Shown: in pieces, positions 1 to 6,035 of the stretch | How positions within the stretch are numbered: position 1 is the first letter of the stretch | How the letters are laid out: each line of letters starts with the position of its first letter | NCBI GenBank assembly: GCA_027340875.1 | Contig: DAIENX010000054.1 | Coordinates: 1-11,285 of the forward strand | Length of the DNA: 11,285 nucleotides | From: Elusimicrobiota bacterium | GTDB taxonomy: Bacteria > Elusimicrobiota > Elusimicrobia > Elusimicrobiales > UBA9959 | Direction: 5' to 3' | Notes under the pieces: model-generated | Seen by the model: only the letters and a program-made list of their open reading frames with translations | Database searches by the model: none | What the model was told of the DNA's origin: nothing | Translations under genes and position numbers: made by a program

Positions 1-156
1 CGCGGCGCGAGCTTCCTGGCCGCCGGCCTGCAGGGGGGGAGGGGCTTCCGGCGCGGGGGCCGAAGCCGCCGTAGCCGCGCCGTAAGAAGACAGGTCGAAA
101 GCGGCCGCGGAGCGCGGGGCCAGGACGAGGAGCAGGGAAAGGAGGCACTGTACCAT
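1..156 (-). CDS. Partial (5' end only) putative secreted protein, runs off the left edge
   Basis: Not in the ORF track. Manual translation from ATG (cat 154-156): MVQCLLSLLLVLAPRSAAAFDLSSYGAATAASAPAPEAPPPLQAGGQEARAA..., open to base 1. Hydrophobic core plus AxA site resembles a signal peptide, followed by an Ala/Pro linker. Divergent from the 291 gene. Confidence 0.65.
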   Translation of the reverse strand, partial: MVQCLLSLLLVLAPRSAAAFDLSSYGAATAASAPAPEAPPPLQAGGQEARAA

Positions 157-193
157 CAAACAGATTATCCTATAATCTCCTCATCTGTCAGAA

Positions 194-254
194 GAGCCTT
201 TGGACCCTTGATCTTCTGGGCCCAAAGTCCCCGCGGCGACTCTTGTAGTATAAT
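194..254 (+). promoter_or_regulatory. Putative activator-dependent promoter: two 14-bp boxes (194-207, 218-231) plus -10 TATAAT (249-254)
   Basis: GAGCCTTTGGACCC (reverse complement GGGTCCAAAGGCTC) and GGGCCCAAAGTCCC start 24 bp apart. A perfect TATAAT lies 17 nt after the second box. SD AGGAGA precedes ATG 291. Confidence 0.5.
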
Positions 255-290
255 TGGGGCTGGCCGCTTTGACCTTTATCAGGAGAAACC

Positions 291-1562
291 ATGAGAACGC
301 TGATCCTCTCTCTGCTGCTGACCGCCGTTTCGGGCCTGTCCCGGGCCGCGGCTTTCCCGGATTTTGACGGTACCGGGGCCGGCCTGTCCGTACGTGCCGT
401 TATAGAACGGGCCGCCTCCGCCGGCGGCCTTATCCCCGAGCCAGCCGCGTCCTCGGCCGGCAGTCCGGTCTGGGTCAGCATGGAGAAGAGCGCCGCGGGC
501 GCCCTGGACAGCGCGGTCTTCAAGAGCGCCCCGGTGGCACAGAACAAGCGCATAGCCATCTACGAGTTCGACGCCTCGACCCTGGACCGCCTGGCCGGCG
601 AGATGCACAAGGCCTTCGGCAGGGGGCCGGGCTTCTTCGCTCACGACTCTCTGGGATTCGCGCTGGAGGACCTGAAGGAGCCGCCGGCCGTCCCCGCACG
701 CTCCTATACTATAGACCAGGCTGACAGGGTGAAGGCCCTGCTGCCGCTGGCGGAGGAAGGGAATATCGTCTCCGTCATCAAATCGCTTTCCGCCTTCAAG
801 AACAGGAACTACCGCACCGCCACCGGTATAGACGCCTCGCGCTGGGTGCGCGACCTGTGGACCAGGTACGCCGGGGGCAGGCCCGACATCACGGTAGAAA
901 CCTTCAAGCACCAGGCCTTCCCGCAGGAGTCCGTGATCCTGACGATGCGCGGCGCTGCGGAACCGGACAAGATAGTGGTGATAGGCGGCCACGAGGATTC
1001 CACGGCCGGTTACTGGGGCGGCGACGTGAGCGCTCCCGGCGCCGACGACAACGCCTCCGGGGTGGCCGTCATCAGCGAGGTCATCCGGGCGCTCGTCAAG
1101 GGCGGCTACCGGCCCGCCCGCACCATCAAGTTCATGGCCTACGCGGCGGAAGAGGCCGGCCTGCGCGGCTCGGCCGACATAGCCGCCGCCTTCAAGCAGC
1201 GGGGCGCCGACGTAGAGGCCATGATGAACCTGGACATGGTCAACTACAAGGGCTCCGAGAAGGACATCTATTTCGTCTCGGACAACACCAGCCAGCCGCT
1301 GAACGACTACGTGGGCAAGCTGATAGACTCCTATACCGGCCTGACCTGGGGCACGCTGAAATGCGGCTACGGCTGCTCCGACCACGCCTCCTGGACCAAG
1401 AACGGCTACCCGTCCACCACGCCTTTCGAATCCTCCATGGAGCAGATGAACCCTTACATCCACAAGGCCGACGACACGCTGGACAAGAGCGGCGGCCGGG
1501 CCGAACATGCTATCAAGTTCGCCAGGCTGGGCCTTGCTTTCGCCGTAGAGTCGGCCAAGTAG
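291..1562 (+). CDS. Secreted M28-family zinc aminopeptidase (bacterial leucyl aminopeptidase type), 423 aa
   Basis: Signal peptide and propeptide-like region. All co-catalytic Zn ligand motifs are present: GGHEDS, APGADDNASG, YAAEEAGLRGS, NLDMVNY and C-terminal YIH, plus the conserved CGYGCSDHASW loop, as in Vibrio/Aeromonas aminopeptidase. SD AGGAGA. Confidence 0.93.
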   Translation: MRTLILSLLLTAVSGLSRAAAFPDFDGTGAGLSVRAVIERAASAGGLIPEPAASSAGSPVWVSMEKSAAGALDSAVFKSAPVAQNKRIAIYEFDASTLDRLAGEMHKAFGRGPGFFAHDSLGFALEDLKEPPAVPARSYTIDQADRVKALLPLAEEGNIVSVIKSLSAFKNRNYRTATGIDASRWVRDLWTRYAGGRPDITVETFKHQAFPQESVILTMRGAAEPDKIVVIGGHEDSTAGYWGGDVSAPGADDNASGVAVISEVIRALVKGGYRPARTIKFMAYAAEEAGLRGSADIAAAFKQRGADVEAMMNLDMVNYKGSEKDIYFVSDNTSQPLNDYVGKLIDSYTGLTWGTLKCGYGCSDHASWTKNGYPSTTPFESSMEQMNPYIHKADDTLDKSGGRAEHAIKFARLGLAFAVESAK

Positions 1563-1595
1563 GCGGACATATCTCCGGTGCGCGGGGAGGAGAAC

Positions 1596-2246
1596 ATGAT
1601 AATGGAGCTTGACGCGGTGGAGGCCAGGGCGCTCGGGGCGCTGGCGGAGAAGTCGATAACCACGAAGGAGCAGTACCCGCTCAGCTTCAACTCGCTGCTG
1701 CTGGCCTGCAACCAGAAGAGCAGCCGGGAGCCGGTCATGAACCTGGACACCGAGACCCTCGGGCGGGCCGTGGAATCCCTGATAGCCAAGGGGCTGGCCG
1801 AGCGCCTGCAGGCGCCGGGAGAGCGCGTGCCCAAGTTCCGTCACGACATAGGCCGCCTGCTGGGCAGCGACGACGCGAAGATGATCGCGGTCATGACGGT
1901 GCTGCTGCTGCGCGGGCCGCAGACCCCCGGCGAGATAAAGACCCGCACCGAGCGGCTCTGCGAGTTCGCGTCCACCGCGGAGGTGGAGGGCCTGCTCCAG
2001 CAGCTGAGCGGCTCCGCGGAACCCATGGCCGCCCGCCTGCCGCGCCAGCCAGGTCAGAAGGAGACTAGATACTACCACCTGTTCTCCGGCGCCGCGGCCC
2101 CCGCCGCCGCGGCCGAGGCGCAGCCGGTCCTTCCGCCGGCGGCCGGCGACAGGCTGGCCGCGCTCGAGAAGCGGCTGGAGGAGCTGGAGTCGAGGATACG
2201 GGAGCTGGAGGGGGGGCGCCTGCCTCCCGCCGACAGGCCTTTGTGA
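1596..2246 (+). CDS. yceH: YceH / DUF480 family protein (~216 aa)
   Basis: Motifs EARALGALAEKSITTKEQYPLSFNSLLLACNQKSSREPVMNL, RVPKFRH, LLLRGPQTPGEIKTRTERL, RLPRQPGQKETRYYHLF and a C-terminal coiled coil. Start moved from GTG 1578 to ATG 1596 because GGAGGAG lies just upstream (1602 is an alternative). Confidence 0.9.
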   Translation: MIMELDAVEARALGALAEKSITTKEQYPLSFNSLLLACNQKSSREPVMNLDTETLGRAVESLIAKGLAERLQAPGERVPKFRHDIGRLLGSDDAKMIAVMTVLLLRGPQTPGEIKTRTERLCEFASTAEVEGLLQQLSGSAEPMAARLPRQPGQKETRYYHLFSGAAAPAAAAEAQPVLPPAAGDRLAALEKRLEELESRIRELEGGRLPPADRPL

Positions 2247-2269
2247 GGCCGCCGGCTATTTTGTAGTAT
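2241..2269 (+). promoter_or_regulatory. Putative sigma70 promoter for the 2309 gene
   Basis: TTGTGA (2241-2246, overlapping the yceH stop) - 17 nt - TAGTAT (2264-2269), followed by a purine-rich SD region (GAAAGGGGG) before ATG 2309. Confidence 0.45.
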
Positions 2270-2308
2270 TCATTCCGTAACGACAAAAATGAGGAAAGGG
2301 GGTAAACC

Positions 2309-2620
2309 ATGAAAAAAGAAAAAATCATATCCGCCGGAGTGGGCATCGCCGCCCTGGCCGTGCTCGGGGCCTATTTCCTGGGCGGCAAGCGCGGCGCCAG
2401 GAACCGCGACCTGGTCAAAGGCTGGACGCTGAAGATGAAGGGCGAGGTGCTGGACAGGATAGAGAAGGTCAAGAAGCTGGACAAGAAGGACTACGAGAAG
2501 ATAGTCGACGGCGTCTCCGCCCGCTACGCCAAGCTGGAGAAGGTAGGCGGCGAGGAGCTCAAGAGGCTCACCGCCGAGATGAAGAGGGCCTGGGGGCATA
2601 TCAGCAAAGAGCTGAACTGA
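2309..2620 (+). CDS. Small hypothetical protein, N-terminal membrane anchor plus Lys/Glu-rich helical region (loosely YtxH-like), 103 aa
   Basis: Good SD, GC3-biased codons, own promoter and terminator. Hydrophobic IISAGVGIAALAVLGAYFL followed by GGKRGARNRDLVKGWTLKMKGEVL. Confidence 0.8.
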   Translation: MKKEKIISAGVGIAALAVLGAYFLGGKRGARNRDLVKGWTLKMKGEVLDRIEKVKKLDKKDYEKIVDGVSARYAKLEKVGGEELKRLTAEMKRAWGHISKELN

Positions 2621-2638
2621 AAGCCCGCCTGGGAGAAA

Positions 2639-2668
2639 GGCCGCCGGGAACTCCCGGCGGCCTTTTTT
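2639..2668 (+). terminator. Rho-independent terminator
   Basis: Perfect 10-bp stem GGCCGCCGGG / CCCGGCGGCC with loop AACT, followed by TTTTTT, 18 nt after stop 2620. Confidence 0.88.
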
Positions 2669-2773
2669 ATTTCGCAACCCTGGCGGGCCGCGGAGGTTTT
2701 ACCGGGGAAAGTCCTCGCGTCCTGGCTTGCGCAGCTGCGGCTGAGCCCGGGTTCGAGCCGGTGAAGTCCATTA

Positions 2774-2800
2774 CGCAACGTTATCCGGCCTAAGTCCGTA
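2774..2800 (+). promoter_or_regulatory. Putative ECF-sigma promoter of htrA
   Basis: CGCAAC (2774-2779) - 17 nt - CGTA (2797-2800) fits the AAC...CGT ECF consensus. SD AGGAGG at 2809-2814. Confidence 0.5.
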
Positions 2801-2819
2801 TTGATCACAGGAGGAGCCA

Positions 2820-3905
2820 ATGAGGAATATCTTTATCGCGTTTTTCCTGCTGCTGGCCGGCCGGCCGGCCCTGGCGCAGGAGGAGGCGCTGAAGGTGCAG
2901 CGCGCCTTCAATTCCGTGGCCGAGACAGCCAGGCCCGCGGTGGTCAGCGTCAGGGTGGTGCACGAGGAGGTGGGCCGCAGGGTGGAGCCGGAGTTCTTCT
3001 TCGGCTACATGGTTCCGGTGGAGAAGTACTACCGTTACGACGCCGGCGGCCTGGGCTCCGGGGTGATAGTCGACCCGTCCGGCTACGTGCTGACGAACGA
3101 GCACGTGATAAGCGGGGCCGACCGCATCCAGGTGGTGATCTCCGGAGGGAAAGCCCGGGAGAGGACCTATGCGGCCAGGCTGGCGGCCAGCGACCACCGC
3201 CTTGACCTGGCGGTGCTGAAGATAGAGGGCCGCGACGGAGAGACCTTCCCTTACCTCAAGTTCGCCGACAAGCCGGCCCAGGTCGGGGACTGGGGCATAG
3301 CCGTAGGCTATCCGTTCGGCTTCAAGCAGACGATGACTTCCGGCATAGTCTCGTCGCTGGACGTGTCGATGCGCATACAGGGCCGCCGCTACGCCACGCT
3401 GCTGCAGACCGACGCCGCCATCAACGAGGGGAATTCCGGAGGCCCCCTGCTGAACCTGAAAGGGGAGATAATCGGCATAAACTCCGCCATCTTCTCGCCG
3501 TCCGGCGCCTTCGCCGGCATGGGCTTCGCCATACCGGCGTCCGAGGCCAGGCGCACCTACGAGGATTTCCTCGGCCTCAAGCCGGCCCGCCGCGGCTGGC
3601 TGGGAGTGACGCTGATCGACGCGGACGCCGCCGCCGAGGCCGGTTACGGCCTGCCGGAAGGCGCCATGGTGCAGAGGGTGGCCAAGGGCTCGCCCGCCGA
3701 GGAGGCCGGGCTCAGGCGCGGGGACATAGTGGTCAGTTTCGACGGCGAGGACGTCGCCGACGACAAGGACCTGCTGAGCTTCATCTATTCGCGCAAGCCC
3801 GGCGACAAGGCGGAACTGGGGTATTACCGCGGCGACGAGGAGCGCAAGGCCCGCGTGGAGTTGGGCGCGCAGCCTGGGGCCAAGGGCGCCGACTTCGACT
3901 ACTGA
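2820..3905 (+). CDS. htrA: HtrA/DegP/DegQ-family periplasmic serine protease with one PDZ domain, 361 aa
   Basis: Signal peptide. Motifs GLGSGVIV, catalytic His LTNEHVI, Asp DLAVLKI, Ser QTDAAINEGNSGGPL. PDZ motifs RGWLGV...GSPAEEAGLRRGDIVV. SD AGGAGG. Confidence 0.93.
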   Translation: MRNIFIAFFLLLAGRPALAQEEALKVQRAFNSVAETARPAVVSVRVVHEEVGRRVEPEFFFGYMVPVEKYYRYDAGGLGSGVIVDPSGYVLTNEHVISGADRIQVVISGGKARERTYAARLAASDHRLDLAVLKIEGRDGETFPYLKFADKPAQVGDWGIAVGYPFGFKQTMTSGIVSSLDVSMRIQGRRYATLLQTDAAINEGNSGGPLLNLKGEIIGINSAIFSPSGAFAGMGFAIPASEARRTYEDFLGLKPARRGWLGVTLIDADAAAEAGYGLPEGAMVQRVAKGSPAEEAGLRRGDIVVSFDGEDVADDKDLLSFIYSRKPGDKAELGYYRGDEERKARVELGAQPGAKGADFDY

Positions 3906-3920
3906 ACCCGCCCCCCGCCG

Positions 3921-3951
3921 CGCGCCCCGGTCTCCCGGGGCGCGGCTTTTT
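3921..3951 (+). terminator. Rho-independent terminator after htrA
   Basis: Stem CGCGCCCCGG / CCGGGGCGCG with loop TCTC, then GC and TTTTT. Abuts the TATAAT of the next gene. Confidence 0.75.
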
Positions 3952-3952
3952 A

Positions 3953-3958
3953 TATAAT
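3953..3958 (+). promoter_or_regulatory. -10 element of probable leaderless transcript of the aminotransferase
   Basis: Perfect TATAAT exactly 6 nt before ATG 3965, with no SD in between or upstream. Confidence 0.55.
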
Positions 3959-3964
3959 CCCTGT

Positions 3965-5398
3965 ATGGTAAAACTCTCCGATGTGAACTCCAGGCTCCTG
4001 AAGGCGCATTACGCGGTGCGCGGCCGCATAGTCATCCGCGCGCAGGAGCTGGAGGAGCAGGGCAAGAAGATAATCTACTGCAACATAGGCAACCCGCAGG
4101 CGCTGAAGCAGCGGCCCCTCACCTTCGTGCGCCAGGTGCTGAGCCTGCTGGAATATCCCGCGCTGATGGACGACGCCTCCGCGTCGAAGGCCTTTCCCGC
4201 CGACGCGGTGCGCCGCGCCCGCATGATACTGGAAAAGAACCCCAACGGCATGGGGGCCTATACCCAGAGCGCCGGCATACCGTTCATCCGCAGGGCCGTG
4301 GCCGAGTTCATCAGGCGGCGCGACGGCATCGAGTCCGACCCGAACCGGATCCTGCTCACCGACGGCGCCTCCAAGGGCGTGCAGGCCGCGCTGACCCTGC
4401 TGCTGAACAGGGAGAACGACGGCGTGATGATCCCCATCCCGCAGTACCCGCTGTACAGCGCCACGCTGGAACTCTACGGCGCCAGGCAGGTCAACTATTT
4501 CCTGGACGAACGCAACCGCTGGGAGCTCAACGAGGCGGAGCTGGAGAGGAGCCTGGAGGAAGCCGGGCGGAGCGGCACCCGCACAGTGGCGATAGCCGTC
4601 ATAAACCCGGGCAACCCGACCGGGGCCGTGCTGTCGAAGAAGAACATCGGCATGATAATCCGCTTCGCCAGGAAGCACGGCATCGCCATACTCGCCGACG
4701 AGGTCTACCAGGAGAACGTCTACGGCGCGGGCCTGGAGTTCCACTCGTTCGCGAAGGTGATGCACGAGCTGGGCGAGAAGGACGTCACGCTGTTCAGCTT
4801 CCACTCCGTCTCCAAGGGCTTCCTGGGAGAGTGCGGCCACCGCGGCGGCTACATGGAAGTGCGCAATATGCCCGACGACGTCTACGCGGAGCTGGTGAAG
4901 CTGCAGTCCATAGGCCTCTGCTCCAACACCGACGGCCAGCTGGTCACCTACCTGATGGTGGAGCCGCCGCGTCAGGGCGACGAGAGCTACGAGCTCTACG
5001 AGGCCGAGAAGGGAGCGATACTCGGCGACCTGAAAGAGAAGGCCGGCATACTCGGGAAGGGCCTGAACGAGATAGAGGGCATGACCGTGAACATCCCGGA
5101 AGGCGCGATGTACGCCTTCGTAAAGTTCGACCTGCCGCATCCGAAAGGGACCGACCCGGCCGCGATGAGCGCCGAGGAGCGCCACAAGTACGAGGCGGCC
5201 CGCGACAACAAGTACTGCCTGCGACTGCTGGAGAACACCGGCATCTGCGTGGTGCCGGGCTCCGGCTTCGGCCAGGAGCCGGGCACGCTGCATTTCCGCA
5301 CCACCTTCCTGCCGCCGAAGGAAGACATCACGGCGCTGGTGGACAAGATGAAGAAGTTCCACGCGTCCTACGTGGAGAAGCTGCGGGAAAGCTGCTGA
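3965..5398 (+). CDS. PLP-dependent alanine aminotransferase (class I/II, eukaryotic AlaAT/GPT-like subtype), 477 aa
   Basis: Motifs YAVRG, CNIGNPQ, PLTFVRQVL, GAYTQSAG, LTDGAS, IPIPQYPLYSA, INPGNPTG, LADEVYQENVY, PLP-lysine motif SFHSVSKGFLGECGHRGGY, GAMYAF, TGICVVPGSGFGQEPGTLHFRTTFLPP. Confidence 0.93.
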   Translation: MVKLSDVNSRLLKAHYAVRGRIVIRAQELEEQGKKIIYCNIGNPQALKQRPLTFVRQVLSLLEYPALMDDASASKAFPADAVRRARMILEKNPNGMGAYTQSAGIPFIRRAVAEFIRRRDGIESDPNRILLTDGASKGVQAALTLLLNRENDGVMIPIPQYPLYSATLELYGARQVNYFLDERNRWELNEAELERSLEEAGRSGTRTVAIAVINPGNPTGAVLSKKNIGMIIRFARKHGIAILADEVYQENVYGAGLEFHSFAKVMHELGEKDVTLFSFHSVSKGFLGECGHRGGYMEVRNMPDDVYAELVKLQSIGLCSNTDGQLVTYLMVEPPRQGDESYELYEAEKGAILGDLKEKAGILGKGLNEIEGMTVNIPEGAMYAFVKFDLPHPKGTDPAAMSAEERHKYEAARDNKYCLRLLENTGICVVPGSGFGQEPGTLHFRTTFLPPKEDITALVDKMKKFHASYVEKLRESC

Positions 5399-5405
5399 CC
5401 TGCTT

Positions 5406-6035
5406 ATGCGTAGGTCGGTAATGCGCGGACCGGTCCCCGCCCTGCCCGGCCTGCGGGCCGCGAGTCCGGCGCTCCGGGCCGCCCTTAAAAAAGACCCTTC
5501 CCTGTCCCCGGCGCTGGCCGCGCTGCTGGCCCGCTCCGGGCGCTTGTTCGGCTGTCCCGCCGAAGAGGTCCTTTTCCTCACGGGTTTCGATAAGGACGAC
5601 GCTACCCCGGGCCGGCTGGACGCCGCCCTGGCGGAGCTGCGCGCGGCGGATTTCCTGCACCTGGAAGGTTTCACGGATATCGTCCCACTGGCCAGGTCCT
5701 CTCGGCCCACCGCGGACCTGGCGGCCTCGCGCGGGGGGGCTTCATATGTTTTCGAAGTGCGCTGGGTCGGCGGAGGGTTCGGGGGGGACGTCGTCAAGAA
5801 GCTTTCCGACAAGTGCGCGAAGAAGGCCGTGCAGCTCGGCGCCGCCATCAAGAGGACCGGCGCCGACGCCGGCGGGCTGATCTTCGTGGCAGGGCTGCCG
5901 TTAGGGGGGCAGAGCGGGGCCGCCGGCCTCTCGGAAGCCGCCGAGGAGCTGCGGGAAAAGGCCGGCCGCGGCCGAAGGCACATCTGCCTTATCGACGGTC
6001 GGAGCTCCGCCGCGTATCCTGAATGGGACCTCTGA
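5406..6035 (+). CDS. Hypothetical protein, possible PD-(D/E)XK/YraN-like nuclease fold, 209 aa (start uncertain, 5421 alternative)
   Basis: Fills the gap after the aminotransferase (7 nt downstream). Pattern AELRAADFL..EGF..I...ADLAASRGG..YVFEVR resembles the E...D...ExK core. No clear SD, and codon bias is weaker than in neighbours. Confidence 0.6.
   Translation: MRRSVMRGPVPALPGLRAASPALRAALKKDPSLSPALAALLARSGRLFGCPAEEVLFLTGFDKDDATPGRLDAALAELRAADFLHLEGFTDIVPLARSSRPTADLAASRGGASYVFEVRWVGGGFGGDVVKKLSDKCAKKAVQLGAAIKRTGADAGGLIFVAGLPLGGQSGAAGLSEAAEELREKAGRGRRHICLIDGRSSAAYPEWDL

Noticed and set aside
279..2078. 599-aa minus-strand ORF
   Set aside because: Antisense shadow of the aminopeptidase and yceH genes. 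High-GC codon bias removes stops on the opposite strand, and it has no recognisable motifs.
2704..2714. GGGGAAAGTCC resembling the RNase P RNA GAGGAAAGTCC motif
   Set aside because: The intergenic space of about 150 nt is too short, and the 3' conserved RNase P motif is absent.
2746..2770. tRNA-like GGGTTCGAGCC...CCA segment
   Set aside because: T-stem pairing and distance to CCA do not fit a cloverleaf, and there are no D or anticodon arms.
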